Part shown: positions 48,826-61,893 of the stretch, one piece after another
Layout: each line of letters starts with the position of its first letter
How positions within the stretch are numbered: the stretch's first letter is position 1
The notes under the pieces: model-generated
Told to the model about the DNA's origin: nothing
Databases searched by the model: none
The model's input: the letters and a program-made list of their open reading frames with translations, nothing else
Made by a program: the position numbers and the translations under genes
Source: Blepharisma stoltei ATCC 30299
Taxonomy: Eukaryota; Protista; Ciliophora
NCBI GenBank assembly: GCA_965603825.1
Contig: CBFDEM010000038.1
Coordinates: 248,001 to 312,000, forward strand
Reading direction: 5' to 3'
DNA: 64,000 nucleotides

Positions 48826-51087
48826 ATGGAGCAAAGTGAAGATCTGACATCAGGCAATATTAAAGTTGTCTGCAGATTTCGCCCTTTGAACGAGAAAGAA
48901 AAGCAGCTATCTGAGGGTATCTGTGTTGATTTTTTACCAGATCATAAGACTACAATGATGAAATCCCATCCTGAAGGTCAAGAGCCACCTAGATTTACTC
49001 TAGACTATGTTTTTACTCCGCAAGCTCGTCAATCCGAAGTATATGAAATTGCTGCCAAACAGATTATTGCAGCTGTTATGCAAGGATTTAATGGCACAGT
49101 CTTCGCTTATGGACAAACTTCTTCAGGAAAAACTTTTACAATGTCAGGACCAAGTATGGAAGATCCTGAATTAATGGGAATTATCCCAAGGATGGTAGGC
49201 GATGTGTTTTCCAAAATAGATTCAGCAGCTGAACATCTAGAATTTACTGTAAAAGTTGGTTATTGCGAAATCTATATGGAAAAAATAAAAGATTTGTTAG
49301 ATCCCACCAAAAATAATTTAAAAATTCATGAAGATAGGACAAGAGGAGTGTTTATTGAAGGGCTCACTGAAAAGTATGCAGCGACTGAAGAAGATGTGTA
49401 TGATATGATGGCGATAGGAATAGAAAACAGAGAAGTAGGATATACAAATATGAACGCGGGGTCGTCGAGGTCTCATTCAATTTTTATTGTTACGATTACT
49501 CAAACTAATTCAATTGATTATTCTACTAAGGTAGGGAAGCTATACTTGGTAGATTTGGCTGGGTCTGAAAAAGTTGGAAAAACTGGAGCTGAAGGAAAAA
49601 GGCTTGAGGAGGCAAAAAATATAAATAAGTCCTTGACTGTACTAGGGCAAGTAATTAATTCGCTTACTGATGGTAAATCAACTCACATACCATATAGAGA
49701 TTCAAAGTTGACTAGAGTTTTGCAGGACTCATTAGGAGGAAATTCAAAAACTTCACTTATCATTACTTGCTCTCCTTCTCCTTATAACGAAGCAGAAACA
49801 CTAAGCACTTTAAGATTCGGAATGAGAGCTAAATCAATCAAAAACAAGCCAAAAGTTAATAGAGAGTACACAGTTGCTGAACTTAAGCTGATGCTTGCAA
49901 AAGCTAATGACGAAATAAGGCTTAAAGAAAGCAGAATAAGGCAATTAGAAACTACTATTGGCCAATCAGGTTTAGCCGTTCCGAAGGATCTTGAGGAAAT
50001 GAAAGATAGTAGCTTTATTGAAGAAGACTCAAAAGCTACAGAATATGACGAAGTGATACAAGAACTAGAGGAAGTAAGATCCCAATTAAATAGAGAAGTT
50101 GAGCTTAGAACCCAAACGGCACAAGAGCTTGTAAAGAAAAGCCTAGAATTTGAAGAGCTTAAAATTTCTTATGAAACTCTCATCAACGAAAACTCTGTTT
50201 TAGAAGAAAAATATGCCAAGAAAAAAGCGGAGTTTAATGAAACTCAAGAAAAAGCGAACAAACTCGAGCTATCTCAAATTATGATTAAAAATGAATTTAA
50301 TGATCTAAATAAAAGAGTACTTGATTTAGAGCAGTTATTGAACTCCAGAGATGTAGAAATTGACCACTTAAAAGCGCAGCAAACCCCAAACACCCTGAAT
50401 GAGCCCGGAGAAGACTATAGTGAACTTTTAGATGAATTTAAAAACCAGCTTCAAATTGAGCAAAAAAAGAATAAAGATCTTAACGATCATATTGAGCTGC
50501 TCCACAAACAAATCGAAGAGCAGCAGCAAAAATTAACAACCCAAAAGCCAGGTCTTCCTTTCACAGCAAGCAGAGCTCCAGATAGCTGGGAAGAAGAGAA
50601 AAAACTTCTTTTGAGAGACCTTCAAAACCGTGTCGAAAAAGTTGTAAATCTACAGATTGCTTTAGATGACTTCAGAGATCGCTACCATAGTCTTGAAAAT
50701 AGCCTTCCCAGAGGAGCAAAAGAGTTCAAAAATAAAGCTGATGCACTTGAGAGAACCGTTGACCAGTTGACCAATGCAAATCATGATCTAATCCATCAAA
50801 AGTCTGATTTGAAAGTGGAAATCCAGATGCAGGAGAAGAAGAATGCATCAATAATGGAAAGAAATAATAAATTGGAAGCAGAATTAAAACGGTACAAAGC
50901 TCTGCTTGCAGAAGCTGAGTCTACTATGAAAAACTGGTATGCGGAAATGGAAGGGAGAAGATCTTTAAGGCCTTCTTTAGGAGGTGGATACAGCAATATT
51001 ATAAAGACTATTAGAGGTGGTGGAGGAGCGGCCAGAATGAGCACAATGCCTGGAAAACTGCAAAATCCTTTTGAAAAAAATTTATAA
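48826..51087 (+). CDS. Kinesin heavy chain (kinesin-1-like)
   Basis: IKVVCRFRP, AYGQTSSGKT, SSRSH, LVDLAGSEKVGKTGAEG, HIPYRDSKLTR; coiled-coil stalk; tail IIKTIRGG resembling the IAK motif. Confidence 0.93.
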   Translation: MEQSEDLTSGNIKVVCRFRPLNEKEKQLSEGICVDFLPDHKTTMMKSHPEGQEPPRFTLDYVFTPQARQSEVYEIAAKQIIAAVMQGFNGTVFAYGQTSSGKTFTMSGPSMEDPELMGIIPRMVGDVFSKIDSAAEHLEFTVKVGYCEIYMEKIKDLLDPTKNNLKIHEDRTRGVFIEGLTEKYAATEEDVYDMMAIGIENREVGYTNMNAGSSRSHSIFIVTITQTNSIDYSTKVGKLYLVDLAGSEKVGKTGAEGKRLEEAKNINKSLTVLGQVINSLTDGKSTHIPYRDSKLTRVLQDSLGGNSKTSLIITCSPSPYNEAETLSTLRFGMRAKSIKNKPKVNREYTVAELKLMLAKANDEIRLKESRIRQLETTIGQSGLAVPKDLEEMKDSSFIEEDSKATEYDEVIQELEEVRSQLNREVELRTQTAQELVKKSLEFEELKISYETLINENSVLEEKYAKKKAEFNETQEKANKLELSQIMIKNEFNDLNKRVLDLEQLLNSRDVEIDHLKAQQTPNTLNEPGEDYSELLDEFKNQLQIEQKKNKDLNDHIELLHKQIEEQQQKLTTQKPGLPFTASRAPDSWEEEKKLLLRDLQNRVEKVVNLQIALDDFRDRYHSLENSLPRGAKEFKNKADALERTVDQLTNANHDLIHQKSDLKVEIQMQEKKNASIMERNNKLEAELKRYKALLAEAESTMKNWYAEMEGRRSLRPSLGGGYSNIIKTIRGGGGAARMSTMPGKLQNPFEKNL

Positions 51088-51119
51088 TTAAAAATAGATA
51101 GATGTTAAATAAATTAAAA

Positions 51120-52130
51120 TTATTTCATGCTGTTTTTCGGCTTTGAGTAAACAGGTTTTCTCGTTTTATAGAATGAATTTCTGGGACTCTGTGTCGGAGA
51201 TAAGCTTGATCTTACATTTTTACGAAGTAAAGAACCTGTGCTTGCCAAATGAGACCGATCCTCTTCTTGGGAGAGAAATTGAGAAGATAAAACTAATGAT
51301 TCTAATTCTTTTATTTTCATTTCACTTGACTTTAGCCTATCTTCAATTGTTTCTGGCTCCTTTTTTCTTTCTACGTTAGATTTGATTATATCTCTTAGTA
51401 AGTTATTATTTGTGACTTCATTTTGACACTTTAATTTCAATTTTTCAATTTCGCTTTTTAACTCGGTAATTGACTCTCTTTTGGCTTTTCTTCTGCATGA
51501 AGTAAATGGTGATGCGCTTCTGCATTCGCTATTAATATATTGCTCAATTCGTTTTTGCGCAATCATATTGCTTAATTCTAACTCTTTAATTTTCTCAATA
51601 AGCTCTGATTTTTCTTCTAAATAATGAGAATTATTTTCTTCCAATTTTTTCCTCAATTCTTTATTTTCATTAAAAAGTGTCAGATTTTGATCATAATGAG
51701 ATTTTAAGAGCTCTTCTAATTCTTTATTTCTTTCTTTACTTTGGGCTGCTTCTAGCTCTGATGTTTTCAGTTTTAATTTTCCGTCTTCGATTATTCTTGC
51801 CATAGCAGTATCAGTATTTCTTTGCATCAGTTTCATCTCATCAATTTTCTTATTAGCTTCTTTAAGTGATGCATCAAGATTGGCTATTTCTTGCTTTAAA
51901 GCCCCTATTTCGATACTTCTTTCTCTTGCGATATTTTCATAGCTGCTTTTAAGGTACTCTTCATTGATAAGCCGTTGATTTAGATTTTTTATCATTTCTT
52001 CTCAGTCTTTTTCTTTTAAATATTTGTATCGATTTTCATTAGTAGGATAAGCTGAAGATATAAAATTGCTTTTTGGTGGCTTTTTAGTGGAATCAACACT
52101 GTATCGATGCTTCTTTTTGTAAAAATCCAT
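51120..52130 (-). CDS. Coiled-coil protein
   Basis: ATG 52130 is in frame with ORF 51120-51995 through one TGA. Confidence 0.7.
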
Positions 52131-52206
52131 TTTAATTTAGCATTTTATTTAAGTTTAAGTCTCTTTGTATAAGTTTTTAGCTTAATTTTCAATATAGCAC
52201 GGTTTG

Positions 52207-52524
52207 CTATCTACCGATTATTGAAATTGACCGACAATTAGGACAGCAAACGGCTACACAGTTTGCAGGAGCTCGCAGCATTGTATGGCAAATTCCGCAT
52301 CGACATACAATATAATTCATTGAATGAGGTGCATAATATTGAGTTCCATTTAAAGAATTGCATACTCCACATCGAACTGTTTCAGCGAAACTTTCATAAA
52401 CAAGGTGGGTCTTGCAATTATAGCAAATTAGGTGAGATCTTTGAGGAGTTTTAACTTCAGTTGCTAATGCTAATTCTCCATCAGGAAGTACAACCATGAA
52501 CTCTTTATCATTTGCAGATTCCAT
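52207..52524 (-). CDS. LSD1-type zinc-finger protein (two fingers)
   Basis: CYNCKTHLVYESFAETVRCGVC and CGICHTMLRAPANCVAVCCPNC match CxxCxxxLxxxxxAxxVxCxxC. Confidence 0.8.
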   Translation of the reverse strand: MESANDKEFMVVLPDGELALATEVKTPQRSHLICYNCKTHLVYESFAETVRCGVCNSLNGTQYYAPHSMNYIVCRCGICHTMLRAPANCVAVCCPNCRSISIIGR

Positions 52525-53093
52525 ATAAATAAATTTATAAGAGAGAAATCTGACTGAAATTAATTAAATTAAATCATATAATGAATAAACAAATTATAAG
52601 GAAGAATCAAGGGCTAATGTTCTAGAAGCATCATTTTAATATCAGAAATTATAATTATGTTAGGATATCTTTAGATCGATTCATATAAGCAGTTAAATTT
52701 ATGTGTTTAAACAAAATCATATAAAATAGTCTAGTAAATTTGCGAATTATAAAAAAAATTGAAATAATTAATTAATCCGTTTTACCATCATTTTATATGT
52801 ATACTAACTAAGTATTAGCTTGAAACTAGATTAAATTGCAGTCAAAATCCTTAGCTATTAACTATTAAGCATTTTCTTACCAAAAATCATCCAATGGCCT
52901 TTATATTAGTTATCTCAAAATTTCAATTGTTAAATTACCAATCCTCAAATCATTCATTTCTCTTCCCTAACTTATCCCCACCCTGTTCCCTCGCTTCTGG
53001 CACCTCAAACCTTCTTTTTTGTTTCGAAATCTCTCAAAGATGAAACAAAAGTTAGTGTAAAACGGATAATCTTGACAGACTTATATAATTAAA

Positions 53094-56000
53094 ATGTCTT
53101 GGCAGCACTACAAAGCGCTCATGTACAAGGATTGGATCCTTTGGCGACGACGCACTCTAGGCTCAGTATGTGAAGTTTTATTCCCAGTAATCGTATTCCT
53201 CTTACTTGCAGTAATCCGCGCAGGTTTAGGATCAGAAGAAGTCGATGCAGAATCATATCTTTCTAACATCGAGTACGTTAGACCGTCTACTTCTAACGCA
53301 GTAACTTACCCTTTTCCAGAAGGAGACTCATTTAAGTGGTGCAGAGAATACGTCGAAGAAGGCGAGTCATGAATGATTGGCCTGGCCCCAAGAAATGAAA
53401 TTAATGAATACCTCGAGACACAACTCGCTGCTCATCCCAATTTGCAAAATGTAGAAATCAGGTATTTTGAAGACGATGATGAAATCGATGACTACGTTAG
53501 TGATGAAGACTATGAAGATGGACCCAAGTTCTGCTTTGCAGTGGTTTTCGAAGAAGCTGAAGACAACTATTACGAGTATCACATTAGGTTCAATCAGTCT
53601 TACTCAATACCAGAAGGCGGAGAACCTTTGGGAGACATGATCGACATTTTCCAGCTCCACATGTTTGATGCCACCGATGAACTAATCAGAGAGCCAAAGC
53701 CAGAATTCCAAAGAGACTTCATGCACACTGGGTTTTTGCAGATCCAGAACTATGTAGATAACTATTTATTACAGCAAATCACAGGGGACGAAAACGCATA
53801 TATTGCACCAGCCTTTGTCCCAATGTATTATGACGACTATGTGGATGATGATTTCATTGAAAATATCCAAGATATTTTGCCATTCTTTTTCATCATTTCG
53901 TTCTTGATACCAGTCTGTAGGAACATCGCACAGATTGTGATGGAGAAAGAGTACAGAATCAAAGAAATCATGTGCATTATGGGATTGTCAAATAAAGCTT
54001 ATTGGCTCTCATGGATCACTTATTATTTCTTGGTGTACTTAGTGATCTCAATTTTGGCGACGATCATTATGGGATTTCAGATATTTACGTACAGCAATAA
54101 GTTCATATTATTTTTTACGTTCTTATTGCTGGGCATTTCCTGTATCAGTTTTTCTGTACTCATTTCTGTGTTCTTTTCTAGAGCTAAAGCTGCTTTAGCT
54201 TTAGGACTTATGGTTTTCTTAGGGCTCTTCTTTGTATTCTTTGCAGTAGATGACCCTTACTTTGGCAGCACCCAAAAGCTTTTGGCTTCATTTATCCCTT
54301 CAGTAGCTTTTGGCCTTAGCACTGGGATTCTTTGTGAGCTGGAAAAAGGTCAAGCAGGAGTACAATTTGATAATATAAATGAAGACATTTACAACTACAA
54401 GTACTCTATCGCTCTTATCATGATGGCCGTCGACTCAGTCATCTTTTTCGCCTTGGCTTTGTACTTTGAGCAAGTATGGCCTTCAGAATGGGGCACAAAA
54501 CGACCATGGTATTTCATTTTCCAAAAAGACACATGGGTTACCAGAAAAGAAGAAGAAAACCAAGATGACGATTTCCCTCAGGACGTTGAATACAACGACA
54601 CTGTAGAGCCAGTTGACTCTCTTCTTGAAAACCAAAAAACTTCAGGCAGAGCTATGCTGGTAAGAAACTTAACTAAGAAATTCAATGGAAATACAGCTGT
54701 AGATGAACTCAACTTAGACATCTACGAAGGACAGATTTTTGCATTACTGGGACACAATGGAGCAGGAAAAACTACCACCATTTCGATGCTTACAGGACTT
54801 ATCCCAGCTACATCTGGAGATATGAAGGTTAGAGGACTTCGCCTTTCAAAGGACTTAGACAAGTTAAGAAAGCTGTTTGGTGTTTGTCCACAACAAAATG
54901 TGCTTTATGGAGAATTAACCCCAACTGAGCATTTATACCTTTTCTCTGTCTTCAAAGGTATGAAAGATAAAGCTCTGATTGAGCAGAAAATTGAAGAAAA
55001 ACTCCAAGAAGTAGACTTGGTTCCTCACAAAGAAAAATACTCAGACTTCTTATCAGGCGGTCAAAAGAGAAAACTTTGTTTGGCAATGGCACTTATAGCT
55101 GACTCTCCAATTGTGCTATTAGATGAGCCTACATCAGGTATGGACTTAACTGCAAGGCGTAACATGTGGGAAATGCTTAAAAAGAACAAGTCATCAAGAA
55201 TTGTGATCCTCACCACACATTATATGCAAGAAGCTGACATTTTAGCTGACAGAATCGCAATCCTCTCAAACGGAAAGCTTAGATGCTGCGGCTCCTCACT
55301 GTTCTTAAAAGGGAGATATGGAGTTGGGTATTACCTTACCCTTGTAAAAGAGGTTGACGTAGCTAGTCCTGAGCACAGCCAAATGATCACTGACTTTGTG
55401 ACTTCCTTTATCCCAGCAGCAGTCAAAGCAAGTGATGTCCATGCTGAAATTGCTTTCAGACTTCCTATTGGAAGTGCGACCAAATTCGAAGAGTTCTTCC
55501 AAGCTCTTGATAGCAGAAAAGGAGAACTGAAGATCAGGTCGTATGGAGTCTCTGTCACAACACTTGAAGAAGTTTTCATTAGAGTTGCCAGAGGTGACAA
55601 TGAGCTCAAAGAGATGGGAGACCAGTCTTATAAGAGCGAAAAAGAGCTGGGCAAAGATAAAGATAAAGAAAAAGAGTTCAAAGATGAAGGAGACGAAACA
55701 ATGATGGGAGATGAACAACAGCTGATTGAAACAGAAAGAGAAACTAAAGGACTGTTCGGTAGACATATGAAGTGTCTTTTGAGAAAAAGGTATCTGTGGA
55801 CTAAGAGAGACTGGAGAATCTTTGTATTCGAGTTGCTTGTCCCTGCATTACTTGTCCTGGTTGGACTTGTGTTCATGCTTGTCGCAGAAAGGTTCATTGA
55901 CCAAGATCCTTATGAATTGGCCATTGACCAGTATGAAACTCCACAGAATGTATTGTACCCAGAGTCTACTGAAGTGGTAGAACAAATCATGCAGCTTATG

Positions 56001-58331
56001 GATGAGGATGAAGATATTGAGATCAAGGACATTGAAGTTGATGACATTGAACAGTTCGATTATGAAGTATTTGACGACAGAGACAGAGATCCTTACAGAA
56101 TGGGTGCTTATTACTTCTATCTGATGAGTTCAACTGATAACCAATATGAGCCAGTTGTTTTCCACAATCAAAGTGCCTTCCAGTCTGTGCCTACTTATTA
56201 TCAACTAATGTCAAATACCATTCTTCAGACCTTGAATCCAGATATTGAAGTTGTCGTTTACAATGCTCCTTTCGACTGGACTAAAAGTGTACTCGAAAAT
56301 GCATCTGTAGGAGACGGTGTGATTTCTTGCTTAATCTTTGGTTTAGCCTTCGCATTCGTCCCAGCAGGCATTGCATCTTATATTGTCAGAGAAAGAGAAA
56401 CAAGTGTAAAACACCAGCATATGATTACTGGCATCTCACTTTGGGCGTACTGGATTTCCAACTATTTGTGTGACATAGTCAAATATGCAGCAGTATATCT
56501 AGTCACATTGCTATTTATCTGGATCTTCCAAGTCGACATTTTCACTGATGAAAGTGATGACTTTGCCTGTGTCGCTTTACTTTTAGGTTTGTATGGCCTT
56601 GCCGTCATATTATTCACCTACTCGACAAGTTTCTTATTTGATGACTACTCATCAGCTCAACTGACAAACATTGTTTTCCACTTCTTGACTGGAAGCTTAT
56701 TCCCAATTCTTTGCTTCCTCCTCTATCTTTTTGATGATACCAGAGATGTTTCAAAGACTGTCGTCTGGATATTAAGACTCCTTCCAAATTTCTGTGTAGG
56801 TAATGGCTTTTTGTACCTTGGATCTGCTTCAATTAGATCAGATCTAAATGGAGATGACAAGTATGAGCCATTTTCATTAGATAACGCCTTTGCAGACTGC
56901 ATTATGCTGATGGTTGACGTATTAGTTTACTTTATAGTGCTTATTTTGGCTGAAGCTTTTGAGTCAAACCCATCTCTTAGAAAACTGATCTCAAGAGTTG
57001 ACAAAGGCACTCCTGGGGAGTATGAGAAAGATGAAGATGTAGAAGCTGAAAAAGAAGCTGCCTTAAATACTGATCCAAAAGAAGTCCAGGTTAATGTCCG
57101 ACAATTAAGAAAAGTGTACAAAGGAACCAAAGGAAATAGAATAACTGCTGTTGAAGATGTCAGCTTTAACGTTCCTAAATGCCAATGCTTCGCTTTATTA
57201 GGTGTCAATGGAGCTGGAAAAACTACAACCTTCAAAATGCTTACGGGAGAAATCGCACCTACTGATGGTGAAGCTTATTTGAGTAGTTTCAGCGTTCTAA
57301 ACAATTTAGACAGGGCAAGAGAGAATATTGGGTACTGCCCACAATTTGATGCTCTAAGTGAGCTTTTAACTTGCATGGAGCACATCAAGTTCTATGCAGA
57401 GGTTAAAGGCATCAATAAGAACAAAATTGATAAGCTTGCTAAGGACCTTTTAAGAGAGCTTGATCTTGTAAAATACACAGACTATCAAGCTGGTACACTA
57501 AGTGGTGGAAATAAAAGAAAGCTGCAAGTTGCTATTGCGCTGATTGGAAACCCTACAGTTGTGTTCTTAGATGAACCATCTGCAGGTATGGATCCTGAAA
57601 CTCGTAAAAAGCTTTGGAGTGTTCTAGGAGATATCAAAAAGCGTGATTCAGCAGTCGTACTCACAACTCACTCTATGGAAGAAGCTGAAGCCCTTAGCGA
57701 TAGACTTGCCATCATGGTAGGAGGAAGACTCAGATGCATTGGAACTTCTACTTATCTGAGAAATAAATTCGGGCAAGGCTATGAGCTTGAAGTCAAATTA
57801 TCCATTCCTAAGCGTGAAAATGTCCAGAGAAAGAGTGAAAAATTGAACTCTGTTATAGGAGAAGAGCTGTTAATTAAGCAAAACCAAGTTAAAGCTTGTC
57901 TTGAAGCTTTAGACAGTGCTGATTTATATGAAGAAATCAGCGAAAGAGGCTCTGGATCAGGACTTTACCAACAGATACTGAGTGATGGCTGGATCCCAAG
58001 AGAAGCTTTAGTCTCCTGGACGATCGTCGAAAGAAGAGGAGACAACGTCATGCAGTGGCTAAAATCTGAATTCAAAGATGTCGCCATGCTTGAGCACTAT
58101 ATGACCCTTTACAAATATAAGATAGGAAAGCAAGACGATAAAACTATTGGATATCTTTTCAGTTCTGTTGAGAAGAAAAAGAAAGAGCTCAAGATTTCTG
58201 AATATGCCTTGAGCCAAACAACCCTTGACCAAATTTTCACTACCTTTGCAATGATGGGAGAAATTGAAGCTTCAGGTCTAAAGAAGAGAAGGACCACTGT
58301 CCCACCTGTGAGTAATGAAGAAAAACCTTAA
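53094..58331 (+). CDS. ABCA: ABC transporter subfamily A, full length (~1745 aa)
   Basis: Two NBDs (GHNGAGKTT/LSGGQKRKL/LLDEPTSGMD and GVNGAGKTT/LSGGNKRKL/FLDEPSAGMD), TTLEEVF; a single TGA at 53370-53372 joins the N-terminal ORF. Confidence 0.95.
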
Positions 58332-58390
58332 TTAAAATTATGTTTTAAGTTATAAAAGAAGCTTTTATTAAAATTGAAAATGGATAATAT

Positions 58391-58900
58391 ATGATTAACT
58401 TTGAACTGCTTCTTAGAAAAGAAACAAGACAGCCACTGGTGCAAACGATACTCAGGCAGATTTTAAAGGAATCTAGGAAGCAGACCGATGAAGTTGTGAG
58501 GAAGTATTTGATATCTACGACCCTTTATTGCTTTAAATTAGAAAAGAAAAGCACGGAATTGAAGAAAATTGAAAATTTTTTGAACTTGCAGAATGACTTA
58601 CTTAATGCGATCAAAAAAGCTAACAATAATAACTGAGAAAGCAAGAAATATTTGGTGGATTTGGCATATGGGCAGATATGTTTTACTCCAAGGCATGATC
58701 ATTTTATTCAAGCTAGATATTTAGGCAAACTTCCGTTTGGTAAGAAGCCCTTATTGGCTATGCCTTATAAAGAAGGATATCAAATCACGGGGCCTAATCC
58801 AGTGCCAATTGAATTTTTAAATCACGCAAAGGACTATATTAAGCAAAATCCTTCTCAAGCAGGAATTTATGAGGACATATTAAGATTCACATTCAATTAA
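58391..58900 (+). CDS. Hypothetical protein
   Basis: Two same-frame ORFs joined by TGA 58634-58636. Confidence 0.6.
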
Positions 58901-59305
58901 TTAGTTAAGAGTTATCAATAATAAACTTCTTTAAAAAATATTTGGATTTATTTTCTAAAATTTGTAATGGAGATTTAATTTAATGATAAACTAAATTAAA
59001 TCTTAAATCCGCAATAGCGCTCTGAATAAAGAATTTAATAGTCCAAAGCAGGACTCCCTTTAAACTTTCATACCCTGTGGATAGCTTCTCTTCTGAAGGG
59101 ATCCTCAAGAAATCGTAGATATCTATCACTAGGTCTAAAGTAAGAGAGCTGATCATTAAACCACCATTTTATATTTTACAAATCTTTATGTAACGCTCAA
59201 AGATTTTCTCTGAATAGCTACTCTATTAGATTTTCCCTTTATAATTTTAAGGATAATAAACAATTCAAATAATTCAGTATTAAAAATAGACATAATTTAA
59301 TAATA

Positions 59306-60106
59306 ATGGACGATCCTGGTCAGAAACCTACTATTAGCCCAAAGCTAAAAGCTTTCTATTTAGTTTTTACTTTTCTTTATTTTGCTATTATACCTTTGAA
59401 AATTGCAGTGATGTCCATCCATGATTGATATAAACAAGGAAAAGATGAAACCAAATGAGAAGGGTCACTTTTTGAAATTTATAATTCTGGAGGACTCTAC
59501 AAAGAAGAATCTTATGCTTGGCTTTCAAACCACTACTGTGAAATAAGTGGCAACTATAGTTCTAACGCCAGCTCTACTTTTACGAATTTATATGGTGGAG
59601 GAGTTACCTTTGTTGTGTTTAGCTGCTTAGAAATGATATTTGTGCTTGTATTTGCAGTATTCGGAATAGCCTCAACGTGCCGAAAGAATAGCTGCTTTTT
59701 GTGTTTGAGAGTACTTTTTTCAGTTTTAGCACCCTTAGCTGGTCTTCTTGCTTTTGCATTAATGGCAGGAACAGCTGTAATAACATATTCAGACGCATGC
59801 GACTCAACATCGAGCTATTTATCTTCCCAAACCAGCACTTGTGCATTGACTGGGCCACAATTTGATTTATTCAACTTTTTATATATCGTGGCTTTATCCA
59901 TTTCATTTTGAATTTGCCTTTGTATTTTGAATTGTGAGGAGTCAAAAAGTGTTGAAAGCATTAGTAGCCAACCTCATGAAGGTGAAAATCATCACCAAGA
60001 CCAAGAGCAAGACCAACTTACAACTAGAACTTTTCCTTTAACTGTCATTGGACCACCTCAAAACGAAGAAGGTATAGTGGTTGGAATTCCATATAAGGAT
60101 GTTTAG
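59306..60106 (+). CDS. Four-TM claudin/amastin-like membrane protein (266 aa)
   Basis: ATG 59306; TM1 followed by D[W]YKQG..K[W]EGSLF loop; three further hydrophobic helices; three TGA; TAG stop. Confidence 0.65.
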
Positions 60107-60209
60107 ATAAAATAATTTAAATAAATTTATTTGCTATTTATAATTTGCAGTATAACATTAAAAATATTCCTTTTTGAAACTAATTATCGAAAATTGTTAA
60201 TGATTATAT

Positions 60210-61208
60210 CTAATCCTTCAATTCCATCAATTTAAAAGATGCCCATTTATACATGATAATAATTTTCTCTGCTAGTTTTATATTTATTGCACTAGCAGGC
60301 CAATTATGGTATATAAATGCAGAATATATGTTCACTGCCTCCTTTAACGCATTTTCGCATTCATTTTTTCTCGCAATTGAAAATTCCTCTCTATCTATAG
60401 TGTCCTTAACCTCAGAAAAGCTTTCATTAAATTGCTCCAATCTATGTGAGTAATTTGCCATTATCCACATATTTATATCCCTCAAATATTTCCTCTGCAT
60501 TTGCTCGTTAAATTTAAAAAATGTATAAATTTCAGGGCCAATCATATCCAAATAGCCATCACTTTTATAGTCTTCACAGTATTTCTCTAGCAGTTTTGGC
60601 ATTACCCCACTGACTTGCATTCATAGCGTATCATGGTCTTTTCTATAAAATCCAAAATAAATGGATACAGCTAAGAAAAAATTTTTATCGATTTCTTGAA
60701 GATTAAGAGACTTTATATGAGGAATGGCTTTACGCAGATAATCAGCAAAAATATAGAGGCTTGATGAGCCTTGGTCAATTAGCTCATTTGTGTCCTCGTA
60801 GTTTAATTTTTGGTTGTCTAGTAAAAACAATAAGTCTTTCTGTATAATGCCTTGAAGGTTTTCTGTTGATTCAAGCATATCTTTGGAAACATTGATGGAA
60901 ATATCAAGGCAACGACATAAATGCATGGCATAGGCATATCTGATGCTTGTGATGTAATAAGTGATTGGAGAACTGTTGTCTGTCAAAAATGGGCTTACCT
61001 CAGTGTATTCGTAATTTGGACCAAGGTAACGAGCCAAAAGGTAAGTGAGCTCCATGAAGATATTTGAAATAGTAGAAGCATTAGATGTGTTTTCAATGAT
61101 GGATAAGAGCTCAAAATGATAGAGTTGCTCTCTTTGGTCATATTTTGAGAAATCAACTTGGCGTAGGTCGTTTAGTGTGTTTGAAAGATTGTAGTCTTGG
61201 TACTCCAT
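60210..61208 (-). CDS. Hypothetical helical protein
   Basis: Two abutting ORFs joined by TGA 60621-60623. Confidence 0.7.
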
Positions 61209-61368
61209 ATTTTTATAAATTTTGAGAAATTCAAAAATCTTAAACTCTCTTCTGAAATTTTAGTGATTAAAGTAAAATAATTCAGAGAGGATTGCTATAA
61301 TTGATTTAGTTATGATAAATAATAAAATTATTTATACTTCTATATTTCTGCTATAAGACTATAAGTGT

Positions 61369-61752
61369 TTAGAATAAAACACAGCAGCATCCTTTTCCTT
61401 GATTTGTGTCATTTTTAGTATCATTTTCTGAGTTTGCAATAGACATCTTCAATGGAGATTTGAAGTGTTCGTACTCTGGCTTAACTTCAGGCTCGTTTGG
61501 TTCTGTTGTTTCAATTGTTTCGTTTGCTTCTTTTTCATCAACAATAGGTGCCAAATTAGGCTGATTCACAATTTTTTCATTAATGTTAGTCAAAAATAAT
61601 TCTGAGCTAGCCCGAGAATCGTGCTCTTCAATTGCTTTGCTTTCTTTTTCTATTTCCCAATAAGGAAAAGAAGAAATCGCTTGCTTAATTTTATCCTGAA
61701 GTGAAAAAACAGTCTGACTATGGGTTCTTATGACAATTTCAGGATCTTCCAT
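61369..61752 (-). CDS. Small acidic protein with C-terminal CCCVLF prenylation signal
   Basis: 127-aa ORF with CaaX end. Confidence 0.65.
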   Translation of the reverse strand: MEDPEIVIRTHSQTVFSLQDKIKQAISSFPYWEIEKESKAIEEHDSRASSELFLTNINEKIVNQPNLAPIVDEKEANETIETTEPNEPEVKPEYEHFKSPLKMSIANSENDTKNDTNQGKGCCCVLF

Positions 61753-61893
61753 TTATTATAGCAACAACTTATCAAGTTTATTTCAATGATTTTATTTTCC
61801 TAAATGTAATATACTTTAAAATACACTCCTTGCCTATTCTGATCTATAGATGAAATCTTAGTAAGCCACTTAATCTTTGAAATAAATAAAATA

